Below are positions 17,877-27,833 of a DNA stretch of 43,170 nucleotides, piece after piece; position 1 is the first letter of the stretch; every line of letters begins with the position of its first letter. The stretch is from Candidatus Hodarchaeota archaeon (GTDB lineage Archaea; Asgardarchaeota; Lokiarchaeia; Sigyniarchaeales; SOKP01): the NCBI GenBank assembly GCA_048887225.1, contig JBHLJY010000022.1, positions 1 to 43,170 on the forward strand, read 5' to 3'. A program made the translations under genes and the position numbers. Below the pieces are notes generated by a model. The model worked only from the letters and a program-made list of their open reading frames with translations. It did not search any database and had not been told where the DNA came from.

Positions 17877-18091
17877 GCTTATTTAAATCTATATTCAGTT
17901 CAAAACTCTATAAATTTTAAAATACTTTGAAAATTAAAAAATTTATCATTGATTTTTTATTAAATCTTTGATAATCTGAATGATTTCTCAAGGAAAATCC
18001 TATTAAATTAATGCATTTAAAAAAAAATATAAATACATAGCAATATAGAATTAAATTAAATAGAAAAAGCAGTGTAAATCTTTACCCAAAA

Positions 18092-18739
18092 ATGTTAATC
18101 ATCATAACTATTATTTTAGTCGGTATATTCCTACTAAACTACTTCCTATACTGGATCATATTTCTTACAACCGAAAGGAAAATATCTAAATTTTGGGATA
18201 TCTATACAATAATTTATCTTACAATTTGGAGTTTTTCGATTGTTTTGATTCCTATTATTACATCAAGCTTTTTCGCTCCTATTTTTGGAACTAAAAGTTA
18301 TTTTCAAAATTTGTCTTTTAGGGTGTTGTTTTCAATTTTAGGGGTTGTGTTAGTTATTTTAGCATTAAAATTTGGAAATTCAGTTATGAAGATTAATAAA
18401 CTTAGAGGCTTGGCAAAAGGTAAACATCAATTAATTACTAATGGTCCCTATAAAATAATGAGACATCCAATGTATACCTCATGGGCAACGTTTTTTTTAG
18501 GTTTAGCTCTTATATTTGATTCTTTTATTGCTTTAATAATAACTCCCTTTTTCATATTTCTTTTAGAATTTGAAGGATTTTTAGAAGAAAAATATTTACT
18601 CATACCTCAATTCGGAGAAAAATATGAGAAATATAAGAAAAAAACAACAAGTAGGATGTTTCCGACTCCCTATAATATTTTATTAATTTTAATCATAATT
18701 TTTATTGTTTATGTAGGCGTTTTAAGTTATTTTACTTAA
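18092..18739 (+). CDS. Membrane methyltransferase, isoprenylcysteine carboxylmethyltransferase/PEMT family
   Basis: Multi-TM protein with LITNGPYKIMRHPMY and EEKYL...FGEKYEKYKK. Confidence 0.85.
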   Translation: MLIIITIILVGIFLLNYFLYWIIFLTTERKISKFWDIYTIIYLTIWSFSIVLIPIITSSFFAPIFGTKSYFQNLSFRVLFSILGVVLVILALKFGNSVMKINKLRGLAKGKHQLITNGPYKIMRHPMYTSWATFFLGLALIFDSFIALIITPFFIFLLEFEGFLEEKYLLIPQFGEKYEKYKKKTTSRMFPTPYNILLILIIIFIVYVGVLSYFT

Positions 18740-18795
18740 TTATATAATCAAAAGATTGAATAAATAGTGTTTATATTATAGGGAGTGACAAAAAA

Positions 18796-19305
18796 ATGAC
18801 AAAAAAAATTGCACTCTTGGCAACTGATGGATATGAAGATCTGGAACTTCATTATCCAAGGATTAGATTAATTGAAGCAGGTTTTGAAACAGAGTTAATA
18901 AGCCTTTCAAAAAAAGAGATCAAAGGAAAATGGGGTTATCCTTTTCAACCTAATTTAAGCATACACGAGGCTAATCCTGATAACTATGATGGTGTTATTA
19001 TTCCTGGTGGAACCAAGAATCCCGATTATTTAAGAAGAAACAAGAGAATATTAGATTTTATAGCAAAGATCAACGCTCAAGGGAAACTCGTTGGTGCTAT
19101 TTGTCATGCGGGATGGGTTTTAATTTCTGCTAAAATTGTTAAAGGCCGAAAAGCTACTAGTTATTTTGCAATAAAAGATGATATGATAAATGCAGGAGTA
19201 AATTTTGAGGATAAATCTGTTGTAATTGATAAGAATTTGATTACATCGAGGATGCCCTCTGATTTACCAGATTTCATGAAAGCTGTTTTAGAATTTCTAA
19301 AATAG
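18796..19305 (+). CDS. pfpI: PfpI/DJ-1 family protease/glyoxalase III
   Basis: GYEDLE, IIPGG, AICHAG (catalytic Cys-His), LITSR. Confidence 0.92.
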   Translation: MTKKIALLATDGYEDLELHYPRIRLIEAGFETELISLSKKEIKGKWGYPFQPNLSIHEANPDNYDGVIIPGGTKNPDYLRRNKRILDFIAKINAQGKLVGAICHAGWVLISAKIVKGRKATSYFAIKDDMINAGVNFEDKSVVIDKNLITSRMPSDLPDFMKAVLEFLK

Positions 19306-19335
19306 CGATGAATAACAGAAAAAAAGTGTTTAATT

Positions 19336-20559
19336 TTATAAGTTTTTAATTCTTTCGATCTCTTTAATAATTAATTCTCGTAGCTCGTTAATATCTTCAA
19401 TTTGTTTGTTTATAATCTCCATATCTTTATCTATTAGAGTAGATTCAGAAACAACTTCTTTCCTTAATTCTTTTCTAACAATATTGCATGCTCTTATATG
19501 ATTTATAAAGTTTTGAATCTTTTTTGTTTTAATATCAAATTGTTTCTTGAATTTTTTTAGGTTTTCGAGCTGAGTTTCGATATCATCAATAAAATCAAAA
19601 CAGCTAGTGATATCGTCTTCTTTTTTTAAATTAATAATAGTATTTTTAATATCTTCTAAATAATTAAGCACTTCTAGCCGTAGTTTATCCGAAATTTTTT
19701 CTTTCCTTACTTGGAATTTTGAGACAGGTTTAAATTCTATCTCATCAAGAATTCTTGATGCATATTTTATATTTATTTTTTCTTTAAATTTACTGAGAGT
19801 TTGTTCAACTTTATATGGATCATCCTTTATTTCAAATTCTTCAAACGCTTCGATATCTGTAATCAACTCCAATTCGCCTAATTCTACTTGTGTCATTAAT
19901 GGAGTAAAACGAACTTGGAGCTGTTTTTTTCCAAAGTAATCCTTATCGACTCTGAGAATTTGTGTGTAGGTCTGAATGAATTCTTCTCCAATTGGAGCAT
20001 ATAATACTCCATCGTTAGGATCTAGTTGTTTTAATAAAGGGTGAATACGCTCTTGTTTAATTGCTCCTGTTACCAAAATTTTTTGCCATGGACTCAAATC
20101 AGGCATACCGTCAAGCGGATTTTTAACATTTACAGTGATATTATCATGCAGATTCAACTTTTTAAGATTATTATCCGTTATCTTCGCTATCTCAGAATTA
20201 GCCTCAAGTATTATAATTTCCCCTTTTGGCGCCAGTTTATGAGCCAGTGCAGCTATATATCCACTTTTTGCTCCAAGAATTAATAAATCATCGTCTTCTT
20301 TCAATGCCAAACCTTGCAGCATAATACTTATCATATGGGGAGCGGAAATCGTTCTGTAATTTTCGGGTTTCTCGTAATAAAAAAGATTCGGGATGTCTTC
20401 GTAAATTTTTCTTGGATCTGTGAATTCTTTGGGAATAAATTCTTCGAGTGGTACTTCTAAAAAAGCTTCAAATAAGCGTTGGTCTTTTAAATACTTCTGT
20501 TTTAATAAATATTCTAAGAGAATCCGTTTTTTGGCTTCATATAATTTTTTATTTTCCAT
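19336..20559 (-). CDS. Protein-L-isoaspartate O-methyltransferase-like protein with long charged helical C-terminal extension
   Basis: AFLEVPLEEF, TISAPHM, LILGAKSGYIAAL, ILVTGA, APIG, VRFTPL, then about 185 aa rich in E/K/I. Confidence 0.75.
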   Translation of the reverse strand: MENKKLYEAKKRILLEYLLKQKYLKDQRLFEAFLEVPLEEFIPKEFTDPRKIYEDIPNLFYYEKPENYRTISAPHMISIMLQGLALKEDDDLLILGAKSGYIAALAHKLAPKGEIIILEANSEIAKITDNNLKKLNLHDNITVNVKNPLDGMPDLSPWQKILVTGAIKQERIHPLLKQLDPNDGVLYAPIGEEFIQTYTQILRVDKDYFGKKQLQVRFTPLMTQVELGELELITDIEAFEEFEIKDDPYKVEQTLSKFKEKINIKYASRILDEIEFKPVSKFQVRKEKISDKLRLEVLNYLEDIKNTIINLKKEDDITSCFDFIDDIETQLENLKKFKKQFDIKTKKIQNFINHIRACNIVRKELRKEVVSESTLIDKDMEIINKQIEDINELRELIIKEIERIKNL

Positions 20560-20668
20560 AAAGATATCAAATATTATTAGTTTAAAAAATAAAGATAAAA
20601 CACATTATTATATTTTTTCTTAATTAATTATAGTAATATTATTAATATTTTTTGGTTTTTTGTTAATT

Positions 20669-21250
20669 ATGGCTTGGATACTGGACGCTGAAAGCTTTAA
20701 AGAAGCAAAAATTACACTTTTGTTAATTTTTATTAATATTACAAGTTATATTATTTTTAATTTAGTTTTAGATATAGAATATTTACTTCTATTAGCTCAG
20801 ATAAATTCTAAAGTTATCGTAGATATTGAACTTTGGCGACTTATAACATCTATGTTCCTTCATGCTGATGTAATACATTTATTTTCTAACATGGTTGCTT
20901 TATTAATATTTGGTGCTGCCGTCGAAACTAATTTCAGGCGATATCAATATCTTATCATCTATTTTCTTTCAGGATTAATTGGCAATATCTTTTCTTTAAT
21001 TCTATTGCCACTTAATGTTATAAGTTTAGGCGCATCTGGAGCGATATTTGGCTTGATTGGTGCTGTTTTTATATTTTTTGCGAGAGAAGATCAATCTTTT
21101 ATACTACTTGGTCTAATATATATCATATATTTTATAATTATGTCATTTGCACCTGGCATTAATCCCTGGGCTCATTTATTTGGGCTACTAGGAGGAGTGG
21201 TTTTTGGTTATTTTTTTAAACATAAAAAAAAGTATGAAGATTATTATTGA
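20669..21250 (+). CDS. Rhomboid intramembrane serine protease
   Basis: WRLITSMFLH, HLFSNM, GASG (catalytic Ser), AHLFG (catalytic His). Alternative TTG start at 20660. Confidence 0.92.
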   Translation: MAWILDAESFKEAKITLLLIFINITSYIIFNLVLDIEYLLLLAQINSKVIVDIELWRLITSMFLHADVIHLFSNMVALLIFGAAVETNFRRYQYLIIYFLSGLIGNIFSLILLPLNVISLGASGAIFGLIGAVFIFFAREDQSFILLGLIYIIYFIIMSFAPGINPWAHLFGLLGGVVFGYFFKHKKKYEDYY

Positions 21251-21255
21251 TAAAG

Positions 21256-21921
21256 TTATTTTTTTCTCTTTTTTTCTTTTCTTTCTTCTTCCATTGAAAA
21301 ATCTTTAGGGCAAATATTCTCAATTGGGCAAATATTATGTTTTGGATTAAGAGGTAAACAAATTTCCTGCCCAAACTTCACAAAAATTCTATTAATTCTT
21401 TTCCATTCTTTTTTGGGGATTATTTTTTTTAATGCATCCTCAGTTTCTTCAGGTTTCTTGGTATTTACCCATCGCAATCTATTAGAAATTCTATGTACGT
21501 GGGTATCTACAGCTATGGTTTCAATATTGAAAGCATAAATTAGAACACAATTAGCTGTTTTAGCCCCTACTCCAGGTAATTTCATTAAATCGTTAAAATC
21601 TTCAGGAACTTTACCATTAAATTTTTCTTGGATTATACTTGAGATTTCTTTTATTCGAGCTGCTTTAACCTTGTAAAATCCTGAAACTTTTATGAGCTCT
21701 TCTAAATCTTCTTGATTAGCATTAGCTATAAGATTTGGTGTATTATATTTAGCAAATAGGTTTTCTGTAGCCATTCTTGTATTAACATCTCTTGTTCTAG
21801 CGGATAGAATAGTAGATATTAAAATTTTAAAAGGATCTCTTTTTTTTTTAGCTAACTCGTCTAAATGTGCGTCTCCCTCTAATGAGCTTTCAATTCTATC
21901 TAAAATCTCTTTATAACTCAT
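21256..21921 (-). CDS. nth: Endonuclease III (HhH-GPD DNA glycosylase/AP lyase)
   Basis: ILSARTRD, LPGVGAKTA, VDTHVHRI, C-terminal Fe-S loop. Confidence 0.93.
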   Translation of the reverse strand: MSYKEILDRIESSLEGDAHLDELAKKKRDPFKILISTILSARTRDVNTRMATENLFAKYNTPNLIANANQEDLEELIKVSGFYKVKAARIKEISSIIQEKFNGKVPEDFNDLMKLPGVGAKTANCVLIYAFNIETIAVDTHVHRISNRLRWVNTKKPEETEDALKKIIPKKEWKRINRIFVKFGQEICLPLNPKHNICPIENICPKDFSMEEERKEKKRKK

Positions 21922-21935
21922 TTTATCTGTAACTT

Positions 21936-23336
21936 TTATTTTTCATAAACATAGATTTTTCTCTTAAAAATCTGGCCTTTTTTAGCGTCAATTAAATTAT
22001 TTAAGTGCTGTTTGAGAAATTGAAGTTTAATATTGGATTTATTTATTATTCTATTTGAATCTATCATTTGAATTGGATTAAATTTATATTTTAAAGCAAT
22101 TTTATTAACATTCAATTGAACATCTCCACCATCAATAGTGCTAATCATTGGTGCAGTAATGCTAATTCTACCATTTGGCTTTAAAACCTTATATATTTCT
22201 CTAAAAGTAGCGTCATATAAATGTTCTAATTCGGTCTCTATAAAATTTTTTGCTTGTATATAATAAGGTTTTTCTCTATAAAAAGGTCCTAAAGAAGGTT
22301 CGGTACAGACACCATCAAAGAAATTGGGTTTAAAATAGTTTGATAGGTTTTCAATGTCGATATTCTTAATTCTTTGCTCTAAAAAATAAGGAATCGGTTC
22401 TTCTAATATATCGTCAAACAACCAGTTTATATTTCGGAGAGTATTATTTACTTTTACTTGATCGAAGTCCGCCCCGTATATTTGAAAGTTTTGTATTAGA
22501 GCAAGCAATAATATTGTTCCATTCCCAACAAAAGGATCAAGGATTTTTTTTGTCTCTCTCTCTTGAAATAAATTTAAAAAATTTAACATAATTAATGCTA
22601 ATTTTGGTGAAATGCTGCTTTTAAATTCTTTACAGGGTCTTTGCTCGTCTATTATCTTTTTGAAATTAGGGTCGTCTGCTGTAAATGTTCTTCCTATATA
22701 AACTCCTTCTTCTGTAAAACCGAAAATAATTTCGGCTCTGTCTTCATTGAATAATCCATATTTTATGAGAACATGTGGAAAAATTGGATTTAGATTACCT
22801 GATTTTATATTTTCTTCTGGATATTCGTAATACAACGACTTCTTTGCTCCCTTTTCAATTAAAATAGTCATAATTTCCTTATTAAGGAATGGAAGAAAAT
22901 GCTTTACCAATACTTTTGAGTAATATTCATCATCAAAAAGATTAGGATAAATTGATATGGCAAAAAATATACTCTGTTTTTTTAATTTAGGGAATATTTT
23001 TTCGAGAGTTTTTTCCAAAATAATTAAGATTTTTTTTCTGACCTTTTCTACCATTTTATATTTGTCTATTTTTAAAGGAAATGCAGTATTTACATCTCTA
23101 ATATTAATAAAATCATAAATTTTAGCAATTTTTTGGCAGCCCCCGAGTAAAAATTGAAGTTCCATTAATTTATTAATATAATGTTTATCACTGTGTAGAG
23201 TATTAAATTCTACAACAGCGATATTAGCTGAATAATCTTTAATTCTTCCTTTAAACTGAGAATTTCTAAGAACATTATCAAGCTCCGCTAATGAAAGTCT
23301 AAAGTTGGATCCCAAAATAAATAAGAAATCGTCCAT
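21936..23336 (-). CDS. Trm11/TrmG10-like SAM-dependent RNA methyltransferase
   Basis: SISPKLA, ILDPFVGNGT, GAD, CTEPSLG; the long N-terminal region is consistent with a THUMP-like part. Confidence 0.7.
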   Translation of the reverse strand: MDDFLFILGSNFRLSLAELDNVLRNSQFKGRIKDYSANIAVVEFNTLHSDKHYINKLMELQFLLGGCQKIAKIYDFINIRDVNTAFPLKIDKYKMVEKVRKKILIILEKTLEKIFPKLKKQSIFFAISIYPNLFDDEYYSKVLVKHFLPFLNKEIMTILIEKGAKKSLYYEYPEENIKSGNLNPIFPHVLIKYGLFNEDRAEIIFGFTEEGVYIGRTFTADDPNFKKIIDEQRPCKEFKSSISPKLALIMLNFLNLFQERETKKILDPFVGNGTILLLALIQNFQIYGADFDQVKVNNTLRNINWLFDDILEEPIPYFLEQRIKNIDIENLSNYFKPNFFDGVCTEPSLGPFYREKPYYIQAKNFIETELEHLYDATFREIYKVLKPNGRISITAPMISTIDGGDVQLNVNKIALKYKFNPIQMIDSNRIINKSNIKLQFLKQHLNNLIDAKKGQIFKRKIYVYEK

Positions 23337-23402
23337 AATTATGAAAAAATTTTCCTAAGAAATAATGAGATTGACTATATTTCTATTAATTTATACAAAG
23401 TA

Positions 23403-24689
23403 TTATTTTTTTTTAGAGATTTTATCTTTTTTTTTTTGCTCTTTCTCAAGCCATTTTTTAAAAGCTTTTGTTGGTTTACCCTTCCAGATTGCATTTCGCC
23501 GTGTCTCTCTATTAAAATCTTTAGTATCTTTAACTGTGTATTTAATGCCATCAACATTTAACACTCTTTCTTCTACATCTTTTTCCTCTACTTCATCTAA
23601 ATCAATCGTAAGTTCAATTTTTTCTCCAGTTACTTCTTCTAAAGCGCTCATGATATCTTCAAGATCTTCTCTCCTTCTGACCGGAATCATTTCTAAAATT
23701 TTATCCTCAGCACTCTCCTCCTCTATCGTCGTTTTAGCTTTTTTATATGCGACCTGTCTTGCTACTTTCTCTTCCCTTATTCTTTTTATGTCTTCAATTG
23801 CTTTAGAATAATTGTCCTTAAAATATTTTAAAGCTAGATTAATCACGTCTGAAACACTATCCCAATTCTGATCCTCAAGAATTTTATTTGCCCAATAGAA
23901 TAAATCCAAGTTTAAATTAACAGTTATTAACTGTCCCTCAGAAACTGTTTCTGTTGTTAAAAATTTAAAAGTATTAGCGATGAATATATTGTTATCGAAA
24001 GCTGAAAATCCATATTCTCTTCCTAAAGAAGAAAACATACTTAAATTTCCAAAAGCAATAACTTTTCCCTTGTAGTATTCAACTACAACTAATAAAGGAA
24101 TCATTGGACTATCTTCTTCAATCCAATCCTTTCCATCGTGAATTCTATGCCATGTATTTAATCCACCTTTTGCTAATATCTCAATTTTAATGTTTTCCTC
24201 ATCTTCAATGAACTCCAAAGTTCTTAGTGAACAGGCAGAAGAAAACACGAGTTTTTTGACTTGATCAGTTATACTATGAGGAGTGATATTGGTTATTAGT
24301 GGTCTCTTTTGCAGGTTGACATAATTCATGCTATCTTGAACAATATCAGAGAGGAACTCAAATCCAAATTTAGTTGTAAGATCATTTAAATTTGTCTTAT
24401 TTATGTGATCACCACCCATTGAACTAAGGATTAAAAGACCCCCTCCTTTCTTCACATATTTATCGAGTAGTTTTATTTCATTTGGCTCTAATTTTTTGTT
24501 ATTAGGTGTAGATAGTATTATCGCATCGTAGCTTTGTAATTTTTCTATAGAATCGAACCCCGCTTCGATTTTACCGAGCTTATAACCCGATGTAAATAAA
24601 AAGTGCATAAATTCGTCATAGCTGGACGATTCAATCGTTAACTTATTGTTATGGCTATAATCAAGGGCTATTGTCGCTTTTTCTGGCAT
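23403..24689 (-). CDS. GATase-like (DUF4350/GldG-IFT52 type) domain + putative ribbon-helix-helix + acidic linker + basic C-terminal motif
   Basis: LDYSHN, YDAIILSTP, YVKKGGGLLIL, NLNDL...FGFEF, GKVIAFGN, DNNIF; then ITVNL...SVSDVINLALKYF. Confidence 0.6.
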   Translation of the reverse strand: MPEKATIALDYSHNNKLTIESSSYDEFMHFLFTSGYKLGKIEAGFDSIEKLQSYDAIILSTPNNKKLEPNEIKLLDKYVKKGGGLLILSSMGGDHINKTNLNDLTTKFGFEFLSDIVQDSMNYVNLQKRPLITNITPHSITDQVKKLVFSSACSLRTLEFIEDEENIKIEILAKGGLNTWHRIHDGKDWIEEDSPMIPLLVVVEYYKGKVIAFGNLSMFSSLGREYGFSAFDNNIFIANTFKFLTTETVSEGQLITVNLNLDLFYWANKILEDQNWDSVSDVINLALKYFKDNYSKAIEDIKRIREEKVARQVAYKKAKTTIEEESAEDKILEMIPVRRREDLEDIMSALEEVTGEKIELTIDLDEVEEKDVEERVLNVDGIKYTVKDTKDFNRETRRNAIWKGKPTKAFKKWLEKEQKKKDKISKKK

Positions 24690-24770
24690 AAGAACATTAT
24701 TTTCGTTAATATTATTCTGATTTATAATATTTTATTTTTTTTAAGATCTTTCCATAATGTCTATTATTAA

Positions 24771-25634
24771 CTATTTTTTCTTTTTTTTTGAAACCTCTAT
24801 ATCTAAAACTACATGAAATAGATTTGGACCGTAGCTCTTCACAAATCTCGTAGAAATTAGCTTACATTGGAAATTTTGTTGTTCAGCAATTTCATTAAAC
24901 TCACCAAATAAATCCATGTATTTTTTTTTCTCCACTACGCCTTCGTAATGATAAATAGTTTTATCTTTTGCTAATGTGAGTGCTTCTTTGATGAAATCTT
25001 TCGGTGCTGGAAACACACCCATAATAACGCGATCAGCTTTAATACCTGATTTGCTTAGCTTTATTACTTCACTTTTACTATCTCCATATATTGGAACTAT
25101 CTTCTCCTCAAAATGATTAAGTTTAATATTTTTAACTAAGAATTTGTAAGCATCAGGATTAAGTTCAATGCTAAAAATTTTTTCTGCTGAAGAATGTTTT
25201 GCTATCGGCAATGAAAAGTATCCAATCCCCGCAAACATGTCTACGATGATTTCTCCAGGCTTTACTACAGTTGCTAAATGTTTTCTTTCGTTAACATTTC
25301 CTTTACTAAACATTATTTTTGTAATGTCAAATTTATATCGAACTCCATGTTCTATATGTTCTACAATAGGTTCATTCTCTCCTGCGATATATTCGATCTT
25401 TTCTGGTGTTCTTAAACTACCTCTTATTTTTCCAAGATTAATATAGACCGATTTGATATTTGGGAGCAAGTTTAAACAAGTTTGACCAATCAACTTCTTT
25501 TTCTCAAGCAATTTAGGATTTAATTTTAATATAATTGTTTTTCCCAAAGTTTGAAAACCTCTCGGTAAGAGGGGAAGCTCCTCGTCTGTTAAAACTCCTC
25601 TTAGCTTTTCCTTAAGATTATCCTTAAAACCCAT
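24771..25634 (-). CDS. taw2: Trm5/Tyw2-family SAM-dependent tRNA-modifying enzyme, Taw2-like
   Basis: HIEHGVRYKFDITKIMFSKGN, VDMFAGIGYF, ELNPDAY, ADRVIMG, VKSYGP. Confidence 0.75.
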   Translation of the reverse strand: MGFKDNLKEKLRGVLTDEELPLLPRGFQTLGKTIILKLNPKLLEKKKLIGQTCLNLLPNIKSVYINLGKIRGSLRTPEKIEYIAGENEPIVEHIEHGVRYKFDITKIMFSKGNVNERKHLATVVKPGEIIVDMFAGIGYFSLPIAKHSSAEKIFSIELNPDAYKFLVKNIKLNHFEEKIVPIYGDSKSEVIKLSKSGIKADRVIMGVFPAPKDFIKEALTLAKDKTIYHYEGVVEKKKYMDLFGEFNEIAEQQNFQCKLISTRFVKSYGPNLFHVVLDIEVSKKKKK

Positions 25635-25816
25635 TTTAATTAATTTATTATTTCAGATGGTCTATTTACCTATAAATTATATCCTTGTTAGACTTATGAA
25701 TTTATTTTAATTGATCAAATATAAGAGTTTAACTAAATAATTTATTATATAAGAACCATAAAAATACATAATATAATAATATAGAAAAATTAATAAGATT
25801 AAAAAGTGAAAAAGTT

Positions 25817-27670
25817 ATGCCTAGTTTAAAAGATTTCCACGTAAGAGAGGACAAGGTTTGGTTTACTGGTGGTCATTGGCCGGAAGGTGTACCAAAACAA
25901 ATATACGAAATTGAAGATGTAAGAATAGAACCTTTATATGAAGGATATATGAGACAGGCAGATTCATTAGATTTATGGGAGAAAGATGTATGTATTTTCG
26001 TGTTAGGTGCTTATATAGAGAAAGTTAATTTAAGAATCTTATCTGAATATGCAAAAAAGTTTGGCACTTTCCTATATGATCTGGGGATAAGAAAAGGTGA
26101 CGTAGTGGCAATAGATCTACCAAACTCTATTAATTTTGTCGTTGCTTATATGGGAGCACAATATGTTGGGGCAATAGTTGCTGGAGTTAATCCAACTTAT
26201 CGACCTATGGAACTTTTACATGAATTAACAATTACTGGGGCGAAAGTTTTTGTATCATTAGATATGTTTTGGAGATCGATTGTTAAAATCTTTCCTAAGA
26301 CTAAAGTAGAATTTATAATATCTTCTGATCTTTTAGACTTTGTAACAGCTGGACCAGAAGAAATTGCAAAATTAAGAGAATTAGTTCCCGATCAACAAGC
26401 TCAAGTAGTAGCTGAAGCAGATACTTATAAAATCTTCAGAATGAAAAAAATTCTTGAAGAAACAGAACCAAGGGAATTTAAAGTAGAAATTGATCCGTGG
26501 AACGACCCTGCTGTTTATTTAATGACAGGAGGCACTACAGGATTACCTAAAGCAGCCGTATTAACTCATGCAAATTTAATCGCTGATCTCCATATGATAA
26601 AGCCTTGGGTTAATTTAAAAACCGGTATGATTACTATAGGGTCCATACCATTCTTCCATAGTTTTGGAATGACTTGCGTGATGAATGGTGCTTTGTCGTT
26701 AGGAATGCAAATGCTTTTATTTCCCCGACCTCCGACTGATGATATCTTGTGCGAAGCGATCAATAAAATTGATGCCCCCCACGGAATTATGTATACTGGT
26801 GTCGAAATGTTGTTTAAAAGATTAACTGATTTTGTTCAGGATATGGGAGTTGAAGAATTTAAGAAAAAGTATGACTTCTGGAAAAAATTATCCTATGCAA
26901 CTCAAGGAGCAGGACCACTCCACGACTACGTAAGAATTCCTTTTGAAGAAATCTTTTGTCCAATAAGATCTGGATATGGATTAACTGAAACCTCTCCAGT
27001 AGTAAGTATTGCCCCTTTTTGGGGACCATATAAAACAGGAAAATTAGGGCTACCGATACCAGGTACGGATTGGGCAATATTTGATCCAGATAATTTTGAA
27101 GCAGGACCATTATGTGATGGTACTCCCGAGAGAGGGGGATTTGGAGTTGAATATACGGGTGAAATTTGTATTGCTGGTCCACAAGTTATGAAAGGGTATT
27201 TGGGAGTACAAAAAGAACAAGAAGATAACCTTAGAGAGTGGGGTGGTAAAACATGGCTCTTGACGGGAGATATAGGGTTCATGGATGAACAGGGATATTG
27301 TGAAATTAGAGATCGTAAAAAATCTTTAATAAAAGTATCTGGACATTCTGTATTTCCAAAGGAAGTTGAGGAACTTATGGGACACCACGAAATGGTTGAT
27401 GAAACAGCAGTAGCAGGTTTGCCCGATGAAATGACGGGTGAGGCTGTTAAAGCTTGGGTAGTGCTTAAAAAAGAATATAAGGCTGGGACAGATATTGATT
27501 CTGAATCATTGAAAAAATGGTGCCAAGAGAACATGGCTAAATGGAAGAGTCCTCGTTATATTGAGTTTGTGAAAAAAATGCCTGTTAACTTAATCGGTAA
27601 AATCCAAAGAAGGGTTTTGCAAGAGAAGGATATCGCAAAAATTGAAAAAGGAAAAGAGATAAAAGGTTAA
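25817..27670 (+). CDS. Long-chain acyl-CoA synthetase (ANL adenylate-forming family)
   Basis: MTGGTTGLPKA, PFFHSFG, GYGLTETSP, TGD, DRKK, PKEVE, GKIQRR. Confidence 0.92.
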   Translation: MPSLKDFHVREDKVWFTGGHWPEGVPKQIYEIEDVRIEPLYEGYMRQADSLDLWEKDVCIFVLGAYIEKVNLRILSEYAKKFGTFLYDLGIRKGDVVAIDLPNSINFVVAYMGAQYVGAIVAGVNPTYRPMELLHELTITGAKVFVSLDMFWRSIVKIFPKTKVEFIISSDLLDFVTAGPEEIAKLRELVPDQQAQVVAEADTYKIFRMKKILEETEPREFKVEIDPWNDPAVYLMTGGTTGLPKAAVLTHANLIADLHMIKPWVNLKTGMITIGSIPFFHSFGMTCVMNGALSLGMQMLLFPRPPTDDILCEAINKIDAPHGIMYTGVEMLFKRLTDFVQDMGVEEFKKKYDFWKKLSYATQGAGPLHDYVRIPFEEIFCPIRSGYGLTETSPVVSIAPFWGPYKTGKLGLPIPGTDWAIFDPDNFEAGPLCDGTPERGGFGVEYTGEICIAGPQVMKGYLGVQKEQEDNLREWGGKTWLLTGDIGFMDEQGYCEIRDRKKSLIKVSGHSVFPKEVEELMGHHEMVDETAVAGLPDEMTGEAVKAWVVLKKEYKAGTDIDSESLKKWCQENMAKWKSPRYIEFVKKMPVNLIGKIQRRVLQEKDIAKIEKGKEIKG

Positions 27671-27833
27671 AATTAAAAAAAATCTAATTTTTATTTTTTC
27701 TATTTTACTATCTATTAAATTTTTTTATGTTTTTCAACATGTCTTTCAATTTTTAGGGACTAATTTTAAAAAATTATATAAATAAAAAAATAATAATGTG
27801 ATTCAATAAATTATATTGCTTTAATGATTAGAT

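Noticed and set aside
13033-18739. Functional link between the Rab-like GTPase and the ICMT-family methyltransferase (prenylation pathway)
   Set aside because: The GTPase has no C-terminal Cys, the genes are about 4.5 kb apart, and ICMT-family proteins are widespread in prokaryotes.
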